NCBI GenBank assembly: GCA_051294375.1
Contig: CM119265.1
Location: forward strand, 1,601,248 to 1,665,247
Origin: Paraspadella gotoi
Taxonomy: Eukaryota > Animalia > Chaetognatha
Length of the DNA stretch: 64,000 bases
Direction of reading: 5' to 3'
In this document: positions 1 to 12,589 of the stretch, piece by piece
Layout of the letters: every line of letters begins with the position of its first letter
How positions within the stretch are numbered: the stretch's first letter is position 1
Made by a program: the position numbers and the translations under genes
The notes under the pieces: generated by a model
What the model saw: the letters and a program-made list of their open reading frames with translations, nothing else
Told to the model about the DNA's origin: nothing
Databases searched by the model: none

Positions 1-303
1 AAGGTTAGGGATTAAGTTTAGGGATTAAGTTTTAGGCAGATTAAGCGTAGCGGGATTAAGTTAGGAATTAAGGTTAGGGATTAAGGTTAGGGATCAAGGT
101 TAGGATAAGTTTAGGGGATTAAGGTTAGGGATTTAAGTTTAGGATTAAGGGTTAGGGATTAAAGGTTAGGGATTAAGGTTAGGATTAAGTTTAGGGATTA
201 AGTTTAGGGATTTAAGATTAGGATTAAGGCTTAAGCGATTAAGGTTAGGGATCAAGGTTAGGATTAAGGTTAAAATATTAAAGTTTAAAATTATTTTTAG
301 GGA
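1..303 (+). repeat. Degenerate telomere-like tandem array (unit ~GGTTAGGGATTAA, 13 bp)
   Basis: Directly visible tandem units containing TTAGGG/TTAGG; the same array and its flank recur internally at 15683-16145. Confidence 0.9.
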
Positions 304-1674
304 TTAACAAACAGAAAATGTGGCGCTTTAGGGATTGGAGAGCGAATGAACTCGAAACTAATGACCCCCCCCCCCACCGCTTCAATTTCTTGATATATGT
401 CGCTGCTTCAAAATTAACAGTCGCACAATTAAAAGTATTTATTTTATTGTTTAAACGAGAAGATAAGTTTTGTTTTCAAACTTAAGATAAGCAAATTTTG
501 GCACTTCGTGAAAAGTATTTCTTTACTTTCAATTATCTTCATATCTTTCTTTCTCTTTTCATTCGGACATTACTTTCTTCTTTTTCGCCTTTTTTATTAC
601 ACTTCCTTTCTTCTATCTTTCTTTCTGTCTTTCTATCTTTCTATTTTCTAACTTTATTTCGTTCTCTGTTTCTTTCTTTCTTTCTTTTTTTTTTTCTTTT
701 TTCTTTTCTTTATTTTCCCCCTTTTTTCTTAAATATTTCTGTCTCTCTTGTAGCTAGTAGCTAGTAGCTAAAAAATAGTTATAATTCTTGTTACCAAGGC
801 CCTCCCAACAACATGATTTCAATGGGGTTCGCCGCACTGTGACGTTTGATTTTCATGTGTATTTCCTTTGATCACATGATATGACATAAAATGACATTGC
901 ACTGCAGTCGCATTCTTTTATTCCTTATAGTTTCAGCAGTCCCTTAGATTTGAGTTTTCCTGTCTTAACATTAAACCAAATAAATCAACGAAAACAAGAG
1001 GCGAATTCTTTGCAGATCGACCGACTGACCGACTGACGTGAATTTATCAAAATATAAAAGTCAAAAACTTTTATTGTTCAATTAACTCATAAACTGCGCC
1101 AAATAAACAACCGAAATTTTTATCATAAGAAAATACACATTTTTGATTTCGGCGGGTCGAGCACTTTGAATTTTTGCGGACTCAGTTCAACTTTTGAAAT
1201 TTTTAATCTTACTTCTTTCAGCACTTACTTTCATTAATTTGATGTTTCATTCATTAACTTTTCCTTTTTTGATTAGCATTAGTTATTAATAATTAAAAGG
1301 AGATTGTGGGTTTACTGATATGTTGTCTGCGGTTCTTGGTCATTGTGGTTCACTTGTTCTATAAAACGTTTTGATGTTGCGGCGGACGCGTCGTGGGAAA
1401 AGCGCTCGTCACGTCCGGCCGCCTTGGGTTCCGGCCGCCGTCGGTCTAAGAGTCAGCGGCGTTTCTTTGTCGTCCTCGTCGGCCGGCGTTGATGGACGGC
1501 GAAGGGAAGCAGTAGTTTTTGGCGCGCCATGCGTCAATTGCTCATTTGTCCGGGGAATAGGTTCAGGGAAAGTTGTTTTGTCGATTTTGCTTAATTTCAT
1601 TTTCTTTTATTCTTGATTTTTGTGGATGAGTTTTTAGCTTCTTTTTAGTTCGGATCTGTTATCAGCAGATCCCG

Positions 1675-2260
1675 GGACTCTATTAATTCGCTTTGTCGGT
1701 TCCCGGTCGGTCCGCCCCCACAATCTTGTCGGGCATTTCACTTATATGATTTCAGAATATCGAATTATGGCATAAATTATGAAAAAAAAACGAATTGTCC
1801 GTCCCCCGTCCGTCCGTTCCGTCCGTCCCAATTGGCAAAAAACTCCAATGTTCGTGATTGGATGGATGGATTAAAATGAAAATTTTTTATGTAGGCTAGG
1901 AAGTTGTGTGATTGAGCTGGATATGAAGTTTCGGATGTAATCGTGCGATTGGGAAATGAGTTAAAATGGAAAAAACCAAAAAGATATATTCAATATGTTT
2001 GAACGTCAATTACTCATGATGTGAATGCGGCAATTTGGACTTGAAATTTTGTATGTGCGGTAGGAAAGTGTGTGCATTAAGCTGGAAATCATTTTCGATT
2101 GGAATCGTCTGAGTGGAAATGAGTTTGCTATATTGTTTTTTAACAATTTTGGGAAAAACTGGTTGAGTCAGATCTATCTGAATGGTGATAACTTGGAAGT
2201 TATTTCAATTGTATCTCTGAGTACTAAGCCGAAATATACCGAAAGAAATATAACTTTTTT
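1675..2260 (+). mobile_element. Non-autonomous interspersed repeat, DINE-1/Helentron-associated-like (with GTCC microsatellite core)
   Basis: (CCGT)n core followed by internally repeated 'gaaattttgtatgtgggtaggaaagtgtg' blocks; duplicate at ~17410-17960, independent inverted copy at ~51600-52040, fragment at ~50480-50540. Class assigned by architecture only. Confidence 0.6.
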
Positions 2261-2656
2261 CTGAAAACTTTTTTTATTAAACTAAAGAATATTTAAAATT
2301 GAAATCTGGAAAAACGAAAACCAAAAGAACGAATGGGTCTGTGAATGTAAAGCAGCGAAAAATGAGCTAAGACGAAAGTGACAAGTATAAACTTTTTAAA
2401 ATACATGGATTAAAAAAATAAATAAAACTGGAAAAAAACAAATCGCGTCCAAAAATTGACGTCGTCGCTGATTTGCTTATCCATTTTAATTATTCGAAAT
2501 GCCAAAGTAAAACTGTTTTTTTTATAGTAGTTGAGATCTGTTATTTTAATCCCATCAAAATTATTCATTTAATAACTGTCTTTTAAAAATTACAATTAAA
2601 AAAAAAACAACCTAAAAAGAGATATGGATGAGGATGAGTGGGCAAATCCTAAAATT

Positions 2657-2870
2657 CGCCTCCCGTATAGCTTGGTGAAACTCAGCTCGTCCCATTGGCT
2701 TGGACCAGCTAAGTACTCGTTCACCAAACCGTGAGTTCCGGGTTCAATCCCCTCACGGTCACGCTACTGGTTAAGTTGTGATGGTGTCGCTCACGCCAGT
2801 GACATGGGGTGCGTCACTGCAGGACCAAATCCCTGCGCAGACCATTCGGGGTGCCCTAATCAAATGCATG
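2657..2870 (+). mobile_element. tRNA-headed repeat (family D) with degenerate type-P5 twister-like motif at 2768-2844
   Basis: B-box-like GGTTCAATCC at ~2741; then GA-TGG ... GC, P3 CAGTGAC/GTCACTG, P4 CAGG/CCTG with loop ACCAAATC, P5 TGGTT/GACCA. Related copies at 5553-5745 and inverted at ~24930-25120. Confidence 0.6.
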
Positions 2871-3064
2871 AGACTGGTTATAAATATAAACAAATTAAAG
2901 TGACAAGGACACAACGCCATCCACTTATCATCAATCAATGATGAAACGGGTGTCAGAGATTGTCAAAATTACACTACACTAACAGAATAGATTACACATT
3001 GTGTATAACTACGTTCTATTACGAAAGAAAAGAGGGCTAGTAAAAAGAGTTCGCTTTAATCTCT

Positions 3065-3561
3065 TCACATTCTCACGATTCCCAACCGTTTCACAAGGTT
3101 CACTGCCGCGGTTGGTGAAATCTCGAGTGGGAGCCCATCGACCATAGCCGCTGAAGTGAAGTAATTTTGGAGGTGAGCTGCTGCTGCGGCGATAGAGTTA
3201 GTGGCACATCTGCGAGACGGCGGAACGCGCGAAGGCGACCAACTTCGGCGGGATTGTATGATACGGCAGCTGCGGGAAATGCCTGGCAGGGTACAGAGGC
3301 TGCCTGCTGGGACAAGGCAGATGGCGTTCTGGGCATCGTTGGCGAACCGAACGGGCGAAGATTGACCGAGAGGCGTTGGATTCGGCGTCGGGGACGACAT
3401 TGATTCGCCGGCGCCAGTACCGGCTCAGCTTTGACACGCCGGCGTCAGTGGACGGCCGTGACGCACTGTTGAGTGGGCGCGCTGCTTGAGCGTTTGATAA
3501 CAGGATCTCTGTAGGTGCCTTTTCGAGTCGCGGGAGTTTCTGGATTGAAAAGTTCTGTCCC
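3065..3561 (-). CDS. Putative coding exon of unknown Pro/Ala-rich protein (frameshifted)
   Basis: GC-rich island with a strong acceptor (ttttctctcttcttgcag) at ~3562; no single open frame; a diverged relative at 18438-19160 shares TIPPKL and HSRFHQP peptides. Confidence 0.35.
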
Positions 3562-3925
3562 TGCAAGAAGAGAGAAAAAATAATCATTGGATTTGTGATA
3601 TGTGATTGGGTGAATAAGGAATAAGATAAGTAGGTGATAGATTATTTAATGTCATTTCTTTAAGAGATAGACGAAAAACCAAATGAATTAATACTATGAT
3701 TAAAAAAAATTAATGATAGGTTTATCAGATTGATTAAAATGATTATTTTGAAAATTAAATATTTAAAGGAAGGCCAGGTTTACAATTATTATTATTTTAT
3801 TATATTGTTCATTATTATTTATTGAGTACGGAAGAGAAAAAAATGTAAACCCGGGCTTTCGCCCAAAAGAAAAACAGGTGTTTTAATGGCGAAAAACTAG
3901 GATTTATTTATTAGGTATTTTACAA

Positions 3926-3960
3926 TCGGCTGATGAAGACTTGAAATCATAAGTCGAAAC
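3926..3960 (+). ncRNA. Partial hammerhead ribozyme core (Penelope-like remnant)
   Basis: CTGATGA-A-GACTT[gaaatcat]AAGTC-GAAAC, but stem III/cleavage triplet and stem I partner are missing; flanked by a short inverted repeat (3878-3897 / 3981-4001). Confidence 0.45.
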
Positions 3961-4707
3961 AACTATTAAACAAATGCTTTGTTTTTTCGCCATTAAAAAC
4001 ATGTTTGCCTTCAAATAAACAGAAAAGAGAGATTAACCATAATGAAAGTAAATATAAAGATCTTACAAGATAGCCGCGTCAAAAATTAGGAAATTAAAAA
4101 TAGGAATAAGGACGATTTACATTGATTAAAGGTAACCTGTTCAGCGCGGAAGTGAGAGAGAGAGAGGCCGCTGTGCAGTCACTACAGAGCCTGAACTCGT
4201 TTTTAAACGATTCAGAAAAGGCAGGAAGAAATAAAAGAAAGACAAAAAAATGTTACAATTGTTTATAATTGGAAATTGTTACAATTTTTTCCAATCATAG
4301 CTTGTAAAAGATTTTATTTTTATTTGTATTAAAATTAAGATATAGCTTCTCATTAAAAAGGTCTTTTGATTTCACACGTTTTTTATTGATTCAAAGATTT
4401 TTTTATGAATTTCATCTTCAATATTATTTACTGCAGTATGTGAATTAGATTAAAGCATTTCTATATAGTATTTTGGATATTATAATGAGTAATATAATCT
4501 CATTTGCATATTGAAGTAAATCATAATAAAGTGGAAATTCAAACAAAAAATACTTGAATCCAAATGTAATATAAAAATTTCAAAGCTATTTCAAGATGAG
4601 AAGCCATATCTAAATTTTCAACTTACTATGATCGCACGCTTTTATAAAACTTCATCGTACTTTATAATAATTTTTATTTAAAAAAAACGACGACGACGAC
4701 AACGAAG

Positions 4708-5091
4708 TCACAAAGAAGATAACTTGGAAGCCTGCTTCTGAGGGAGGGTTCCCCGCCGACGACGATTCTGGAACCATAATTTGACCTGTCCGCTGTGGAC
4801 CTGCAGGCGCTTGGCCAGGCTTTCCTTCTGCGCCTGGTTGATGTAAGGCTTTACTCTGAAGACCCCTTCCAAGACTTCCTGCTGGTGAAGGAGAAAGCTG
4901 AACCTCTCTCCCTCCTTGGTCTGGCGGACGTCGGGCAGCTCCTCGAGGGGGCACTGCTCGTCGGACTGCCCGTCGGAGGGGGTTTCGCTGCCTTGGTTCG
5001 ACTTGGTGGAGGAGGCGTTGGGGAACTGAAATTTGTGGGCGGAGGCGAATGAGAAAGAGTTTCGAGCGCGCGAGCGAAAAGTTTCCTTCAA
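4708..5091 (-). CDS. Divergent homeodomain protein (ANTP-like, Q50)
   Basis: ORF encodes RFSFLLHQQEVLEGVFRVKPYINQAQKESLAKRLQVHSGQVKLWFQNRRRR, matching the homeodomain pattern (F8, L16, F20, Y25, LA..L, WFQNRR). No ATG; 5' end unresolved. Confidence 0.85.
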   Translation of the reverse strand: MKETFRSRARNSFSFASAHKFQFPNASSTKSNQGSETPSDGQSDEQCPLEELPDVRQTKEGERFSFLLHQQEVLEGVFRVKPYINQAQKESLAKRLQVHSGQVKLWFQNRRRRGTLPQKQASKLSSL

Positions 5092-5454
5092 GTTTTACTC
5101 GTTAAAATAGCGAGCGTTTTATGAAGAGAGTTAATTGTTTTTAATTGATGCGAGCGAGAAAGAAATTTAGTCTGAGAGAGAGAAGTTTAGTTTGAAGCGA
5201 GTAGTGAGACAGAGATTGAGTGACGATAGCGAAAGAGCGAAATATTGAATGGAATCAAGAGATTTTTTTTTTTTAATTATTATTTTTTTTCGTATGTATA
5301 TATTTTTTCTGAAACCTACAAAATATTCCCCGTTCGAATGCTACTTGATAATACTTTTATTACAATTTAATTACAATTTATAACAAATTATTAGCTTCGC
5401 TATGGTTCAAAGGCCAGTTGGCTCTGGAAAATAATAACATTGCAGGCCCTGCTA

Positions 5455-5520
5455 TGTTATTTAAGACAGATGAAGTCCTTAACGCGCCACCAACCCGTTC
5501 AGGTTCAAGTCAAGACAGAC
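5455..5520 (+). ncRNA. Degenerate twister-like motif (T1 TGA/TCA)
   Basis: GA-TGA-AGTCCT-TAA-CGC-GC ... CAG-G-TTCA-AGTC; inverted duplicate at ~25150-25210. Confidence 0.35.
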
Positions 5521-6084
5521 TTGGTTGATTAAATGTAATTTAATGTATATTCGCCTCCGTATATCTTGGTGAAACTCGTTCACCAACCGTGAGTTCTGGG
5601 CCTCAATCCCTCACGGGCATGCTGTGTTAAAGTGCGAGTGGTGTCGCCCCATAGACAGTTAGGACACGGCAGTGCAGGTTCAAAGCACTGAGCGCCAGCT
5701 GTCGGTTAGATGCCTCATACCCCAGGCTCACCCCTGTCTCCCCGTTTCCTTTTACACAAATTATGCATAATTATGGCATATTATGGCATAATTATGGCAT
5801 AATTATTGGCATAAATATCTCCTTGGTTCCCGCAATTAATCCCAGGACGGAAGGCGCGAAAATGGAGGATCAAGGAAACCCAGTCGACAATTCGGCTCGA
5901 AAATTATCTTCTTCGAACTTTCGAAAGAAGCGATTTTGGTTGACAGAAAAAAACGCAATTGCAGAAGGCGTGGGAATTCAGGATATTAGTAGAGTGGATC
6001 TATCGGGGGAACAAAAATTGTATTTAAGTGAACAAACAAGGTAGACGTTAGATGGTTAAGATTATCTAGCACAGATCGGAAACG

Positions 6085-6155
6085 GACCTTCAAAAAGAGT
6101 GACGGGGCCGTTTTAAACCACGGTTGTAGTCCGCCGGATCCCAAGTCCTGAAAGC
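6085..6155 (+). ncRNA. Twister-like motif, partly degenerate
   Basis: AAAGA-GT-GA-CGG-[P1]-TAA-AC-C-AC ... A-TCCC-AAGT; T2 AC/GT covaries; inverted duplicate at ~24530-24595. Confidence 0.5.
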
Positions 6156-6189
6156 GAGGCGTCTGACGCGAAAAATCTCCCAGACGCAC

Positions 6190-6480
6190 ATGTTAGATTT
6201 TCTCTTCCCTAAGATTATTTTGTTCATCTTTGATTTATCTTCTTCCCCATAGATTTATTCTCTTCATCTTGGATTCTCCTACAGATTTATTTTGTTCATC
6301 TTAGATTTATCTTCTTTCCTCAGATTTATTTTGTTCATCTTAGATTTATCTTCTTTCCTAAGATTTATTTTGTTCATCTAGATTTATCTTCTTTCTTCAG
6401 ATTTATTTGTTCATCTTAGATTTATCTTCTTTCCCTAAGATTTTATTTTGTTCATCTTAGATTTACTTCTATCCTCAGAT
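6190..6480 (+). repeat. ~38-bp intronic minisatellite ending at a splice acceptor
   Basis: Tandem 'agatttattttgttcatcttagatttatcttctttccct'; inverted duplicate at ~24190-24490. Confidence 0.85.
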
Positions 6481-6642
6481 TTTTCTGGAGATGGTTGAAC
6501 GAGCTGTTTTGGATTGCGGTCGCTTCATCAAACGTCGGACGACATCTACGTCTGGTTGCGGTGAGAGAAGCCAAAACTCGCTTATTCATTTATCTATTTA
6601 TTTATTATTTTTGTAGTTATTTACTTATTTAAATCTATTTAT

Positions 6643-6900
6643 GTGGTTAAGGCGCTAAGTGTGCTGATGATGACTATCCGCAACTTCTTTAACCCCTCTA
6701 GCAGCCATGGAACGGGTCCTGGGCATGGAACCAGGCTTGAGAGTTTTCCACACCCCAAGGCCGTCCTCACGCTTTCCGCAGGGTACCGGTTGGGATTGAA
6801 CCTAGTACCTGGTGGTCATGAAGCTGATGGCTTTACTCATGGGTCACGACTGAAGGTGTCATGATTATAGGCGGGGTGAACTTATGCTATGCCCGACTAT
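6643..6900 (-). mobile_element. Solo-LTR/SINE-like repeat (family B), tRNA-like head, twister motif lacking its cleavage strand
   Basis: Shares sequence with 23767-24027(+), 35463-35655(+), 38520-38690(-), 44610-44845(-), 55044-55288(+), 55426-55685(-), 14155-14270(+); family starts TGTAG and ends ..ACA; P4 CCTGG-TTCC-AAGC-CCAGG. Confidence 0.75.
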
Positions 6901-9900
6901 AATTATTTATTTACATAATTATTTATTAATACAATTTCCTTTTTATTTATTCATGAGGACCATATATCGAGACAAAATTTAAAAGTATTTGACAATTAAG
7001 GCCTATCGTTAAAAATCTTAAAATTTTGTCTTACTTACCTGAAAAAAAATTAAATAAGTTTAATTTGGATAGTGATGAAAAGCTTAAAATCAGGTCAATT
7101 AAAGATAAGACATACCACTATCATATTCAGAAACGACCACTGAAAAATATTAACGAGTATGGCTTTTTATGCTATGCAATGTAAGGTGCGCGTATAAAAA
7201 TGACTAAATGATTTGAAAACATCCACAACGCCCTGTAGTTGTTTAAAATTTGTTATTGTTCATTGCATATGAAAGTAAAACACAGAAAAATCTTTTGGCA
7301 CCTATTTTATTATTGTATCTTATATCGTTCAGACAGGGCAGGACATTAAGTTTTGTCTCGATATAGGTCCCACCCCTGTACTTATTAATTAATATAATTA
7401 TCTTTTTCTTTTTTATTTATTTATTTATATTATATTAATTTGTTTTTTAAGGCGTTCGATGCGGTGGAAAATTCTTGAAATCGCATCATTCGAAAAACGA
7501 AGAAATCGGTGCCCAGTAGAGGTAATCTTACTACCTATTTTAGTTTTATTCTATTTCATATAATGTTAATTAAAAATGTTTTAATTCTCATAATTGTTTT
7601 TTTTATCGTTTTAGAAAACATCATATGAACAACGATTAAAGTTGATGATCAACACGAGAAAATGTTGTTTTGTTGCAAACTTTTTTTTGGCTTGTGGTTA
7701 CCAATGTTTGTTTAAATATTATACCAACTTGAAAAAAAAAAAAAAGAAATGATTCACTAATAATTGAACTTGTTATATGTCTTTTCGATTAATTTATGTT
7801 TCTGCTATTAGGAGATGAAAGAAATTTAAAAAGCTCGCATCCGATGGGTAGTGATAATACGTCACTACACTGTAGCCATTTTTTTTAGGTCGCTACACGT
7901 GGTTCTCCTTGACAAGGACCTTGTACGTGAGAGTTTAAAAAGAGTTAATCTATGCAAAATTCTGTTTATTCTATCTATCTATCTACCTATCTATCTGTTC
8001 TATCTGTTCTATCCACTGCGGCGCAAAACATTGGATGGACCGATCTTGTTGATATAAATAAACTAACCAATTATTTTGCTTCGTGTTTATACCTTCAGAC
8101 AATTTGTTTTGATATATAGAATATTAATATATAATTTTATGGATTATTAAAACTTTTTTTACAGAGAGAGAGAAAAGAGTGGAAGAGGATACATTGTTTC
8201 CATATTGAAATTGGTTGAGTGCAAGGGCAAAGTGGACAAGACAGTTTACTGTTGTTTTTTTTTTCACCGATGCCCCTTGCTGCGGCTCCTGAAGCAGCGA
8301 ACTAAAACACACGCATAAAACTTGTCTCTTTTTGCTGCTTCCATCGTCGCTTTATGCGTCACTCCTTTCGTCGTCGCTCTCACCGTCGCAACTGCTTCCT
8401 CCATTGTTTAGTCCCTCAGCAGTCAGAGTTTTTTTGTTGTAAAAGTAGCGTAGGGAAAGTCAACCCTAATCCCTAAACCCTAATCCCTCACTCTAATCTC
8501 TATCCCCTAATCTAACCTTATCCCTAACCGAAACCCTAACAATTAATCCGTCGTTCAAATTATCGTCGTTTTTGTCGATCCCGATCCTGACTCCGTCAGA
8601 CGGCAAGGGGGCATCGAAGAGCATTTCGCCAATCGATCTCTTTCCTTTCGGCATTCAGATATCAGGATTTTTAGCTGAAGTGAGTTTGAGTTTGAGTGAA
8701 GTTAAATTTGACGAATAACAATCCTATCACGAAAGTAATTAATTGGTTAAATAGTGAATGAGAATGAAAATATGTCGCGACTAAACTAAAAAAAGGGAGA
8801 ATAGGGATCTAAATTTAATTTTATTCTTTGCCCTTTCGCAAATATTTGTAATTATATAACTTTTTTTTTTTTCTTTTCCTTAAATTCCGTATTGACAAGC
8901 AAGGCGACTGATCGATATCTGAGTCTTTCTGTCGATGTTTCTATCGATTGCCCTCGCTCTTAGCAATGCTTAATTGCTTAATGCTTAATTGCTTAATGCT
9001 TAATTGCTTAATGCTTAATTGCTTAATGCTTAATTGCTTAATCTTCATTTCCTTCATCATAGATTTTGCGATGGCCGATGTCCCTCGATTTTAATGACGT
9101 CAGGTGTGAATTTAATTGAATTGAATTGAATTGAATTGAATTAAATGAATTGAATCGTAGATCGTCTCACAAATCAATCGTCTAAACGATGGTAAATTAA
9201 GAGAAGGTAACCCAATTAAAAGTTCAAATATCTCGTACCAGGCGATGGGCAAAAAGAAGAACTTTCATGAAGAATCACGAATTCCACACCCAACATTTTT
9301 CCCCACCCGACCTTGATTGCTTAGTATAGCTTAAACTTTCACCAGCCCAGTTTAAAATGTAGTTAAAAATTAACTAACCTATACAGTTTTATTTAGCTAT
9401 ACATATGTGTGCACTAAGAGTGTATATCGACGCTCCAGACAACTAACATATAAGTTAATCACATTCGTTGATTGAATTTAATGTCATAGTCATAATCATC
9501 GTCGTCGTCGTCGTCGTTGTCATCGTCGTCTTTCGTCTTTCGCGGTCGCCAACTTCGCACTGTTAATGTCATCTTCGACGGCGCCACGGCGTCGCGACGC
9601 CACCGACCGTCGCCGCTTAACCCCCGCCACTCCGCCGCCACTTTCGCCATCGCCGCCACTTCAGCCATCGCCGCCATTTCAGCCATCGCCGCCACCGCCA
9701 CTGGCGCTCTCGTGATCGTCGTCTCTAGAAGTCGTCGTCGTTTTCGTCGTCGTCGTTTTCGTCGTCGTCGTTTTTCGTCGTCGTCGTTTTCTCGGTCGTT
9801 CGTCGTCGTCGAAGAACCAAACGTCGATTCCACCTTCCATCCGATTTGCCGACAAAATTTCCCCACGCTGACCAAAACCGCGTCTCTCTCTCTCTCTCCT

Positions 9901-9901
9901 T

Positions 9902-9943
<42 letters not shown>

Positions 9944-10011
9944 GAGAAATAGGTAGCTTTTAAAGGCCCTCAAGGTGCCTAAAGCCGCAAGTAATTATAC
10001 TATTGTCTATT

Positions 10012-10070
<59 letters not shown>

Positions 10071-10597
10071 TCCACCCGTAAGGAAGTCACCGCCGCGTCA
10101 TCGTCGCCGCGATCGACTCTCTCTCCCCTCCTCTGTCTCTCTCTCTCTCCCTTCTCTCTGTATCTCCCCTTTTTCTCCTCTTCTCACCTCATACTTTCTC
10201 CCATATATAAGACCCGACACGATTAACGGAACAAATTCCAAACAAATTTTCTTCTCATTTTTTTTTCGTTCCGAATTAATTTTCCTGAATTGNNNNNNNN
10301 NNNNNNNNNNNNNNNNNGAAATTTTGTCGGCAAATCGGATGGAAGGTGGAATCGACGTTTGGTTCTTCGACGACGACGAAAACGACGACGACGAAAACGA
10401 CGACGACNNNNNNNNNNNNNNNNNNNNNNNNNTTTTTTCTTCAAACAAAAATCGATTAACTTTGTATTATGAAATAGTTTATTGTATATATATGAACCAC
10501 TTTGTAAAGCAATACCCGCAATCTATAGCTGACGCGTGAACAATTTAATCGAATCATAAATGCAAAGACCGATCGGACGAGAGCCTGATGAATGAGT

Positions 10598-10670
10598 TTG
10601 AAGAGGGACGGCGCTTAGCCGACGCCTGTTAACATAGGTGTTACAGCCTGATCGAAGCTCAGGGACTGTT
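10598..10670 (+). ncRNA. Family A twister-like motif, degraded copy
   Basis: gaagagggacggcgcttag...cctgttaac...gttacagcctgatcgaagctcagggactg aligns with 31435-31509. Confidence 0.6.
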
Positions 10671-11326
10671 TATTAGAGTGGGCACTCAAAGAACCAAAAA
10701 ATTTATTTGAATGATCGAAACAATTGATATTTAGATGATGAGACAGTATGAATTAACTAGTAAATAAAAATTATTTGTGTCATATTATCTCGGGAACAGT
10801 ATATAAAATAATATTTTTGTAGTAATATCCTTAAAAATCGTAAATTTTAAAATAATTTTATGAATACTTTTATGTAAGATGTACACGATAGTTCATACGG
10901 AAAGTTGAATCAAAATAACATGTTATATAAAATCTCTGTCATCTCAATGTTTTAAATTAAAAAAGGTGAAAATTCCTAACTTTTTATTACTCTTGTAATA
11001 GAAACTTATTATGTTAAACAGTTTTAATCATTTTTGTGTCAACAGTTAAAATAATCAATATATACATTTTTTAAAAGTTTCTTATGTTCTTTATACAGCA
11101 AATCCATCATTTTAATAAATAAAAAAATTTTTTATAATTATTTTAACGGATTTTTTAAGGTATATTACTAATTAATAATTGATTTGCTCATAACCTGTTT
11201 ATGCTACAGAATTTTTAATAAGGATTGTAATTTTATTAATGTTATGTCCTAGGCAGCAAAAAATATCGTTCATTAATCACATCTCTTTTCAATCACTCTA
11301 CTACTGTTTATGTTGATGCATCTTAC

Positions 11327-11719
11327 CACCGGTCTCTCTCTCTAAACCTTCCTCTCTCCTCTTTCTCCGAGCCGGTCAATCCACACGCTCACTTTGCCGA
11401 GCTTTGGCAATGACCTTAGATTGACCGACAGTAATAGGGCCGAGGCGACCGTAAGGTCAGTTGGTCCGGGCGATGAAAAGTGGATCAGGAGAGAGCTCGT
11501 CTCACTTCTTTTCTTTTCAGAGAAGTAGAAAAGAGTGAGTCTAGCTCTCTTCTCATCACTTTTATCATCGCCCGGGCCAACATGACTTACTGTCGCCTCG
11601 GGCCCTATTATGTGTCCGGTCAATCTAAGGTCATTGCCAAAGCTAGGGCAAAGTGACCGTGTGGAATAGACCGGCTCGGAGAAAGAGGAGAGAGGAAGGG
11701 TTTAGAGAGAGAGACGGTG
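11327..11719. mobile_element. Foldback / MITE-like long imperfect palindrome (~190-bp arms)
   Basis: Left arm (..ctccgagccggtc..ggcaatgaccttagattgacc..) is the reverse complement of the right arm (..ggtcaatctaaggtcattgcc..gaccggctcggag..), centre near 11520. Confidence 0.85.
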
Positions 11720-11842
11720 AAGTCGCCTCATGGTCGAAGGTTTCTATCACTAACTCATAATAATAATCTGTCTTTCCATTGTTATTTGATAGATAATTAT
11801 AAAAAGATTAGATCGAATAAAGTCGATCACTGATTAGCGAGG

Positions 11843-12060
11843 TGTAGTGACGTAATAACACTACCCGTTGGATACGACTATTCCTGCCATCAGCACCGTA
11901 ATAGCGCACTGGCGCGGATGCAGGAATGTCTGGTAACGCTTCATCTCGAACCATTGGTCCGGGTTCTTGCCTGGACGGACCGGTGCTTGCAAAAAGGACT
12001 GACGGGCTCTTAAACATCGGTAGCGCATTCCCGAGGATCGAAGCTCAGAGCCAATATTCA
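11843..12060 (+). mobile_element. tRNA-headed repeat starting TGTAGTGACG with degenerate twister-like tail
   Basis: Related inverted copy at ~62000-62153, end fragments at ~7840-7870 and ~22795-22825; tail reads GA-CGG-GCTCT-TAA-AC ... ATCG-AAGC. Confidence 0.55.
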
Positions 12061-12589
12061 CACTAAGTTGGGAAGCTATTCACACTCACAAGTGACTTCG
12101 ATGCCCCTCCACTCTGTGGTCACTTCAAGGGTTCGTCTAAAGCAATGTCATATATCCTTGTTAGACATAATCAATGATATGTTTAAAATTGATTTCCTTC
12201 TTTCTAAGTTTCAAAAACTTAACACGATCCTACTCTCATCCGTTTAAAACTTATTCCATAATTAAATCAGTAGCTCTTTCTTACATATTATTTTTCAAAT
12301 AAATTCCGGAATTTAATCAACAACTGATTTCAATTGCATTCCTCAAACAATCGAAGTCAAAATGATCCGGCTTTTTTTTATCCTTTTCACTCTCGCTTCT
12401 CACTCCTCTCTTCACTCACTCCATCTCCTTCATCTCCCCTCTCTCCCTACTTAACAACCTCTCTACTCATCAAGAGTCTTCACCCATCACTCCTTAACAA
12501 ACCCCTCTACTCCATCATAGTCCTTCTACCCCATCACTCCTTAACAACCCCCTCTACTCCATCAAGAGTCCTTCTACCCATCACTCTAA

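Larger units (their letters stand above)
5266..10292. repeat. ~5-kb block duplicated in inverted orientation at ~20370-25400; carries indel-rich copies of LRRC49 3' exons on + (about 5845-5980, 6479-6560, 7452-7521)
   Basis: Continuous reverse-complement identity; this copy ends at an N gap. Confidence 0.9.

Noticed and set aside
1-303. True telomere at window start
   Set aside because: G-rich strand points inward from the left edge, the unit is a degenerate 13-mer, and the same array with its flank recurs internally.
1409-1600. 63-aa minus-strand ORF in a GC island
   Set aside because: Could be an exon, but the frame is not preserved in the duplicate at ~17130-17350 and no homology is recognisable.
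10293-10432. Local inverted repeat of ~9770-9860
   Set aside because: Sandwiched between two N gaps; scaffolding artefact.
9459-10539. Arg/Ser/Leu-rich ORFs here and at 15013-15349, 20307-21128, 33057-33270, 36691-36936, 43802-44608, 59696-60343
   Set aside because: Translations of GAC, AG, ATT or TCACCA microsatellites; no domain evidence (a short real exon at ~59802-59905 is treated separately).
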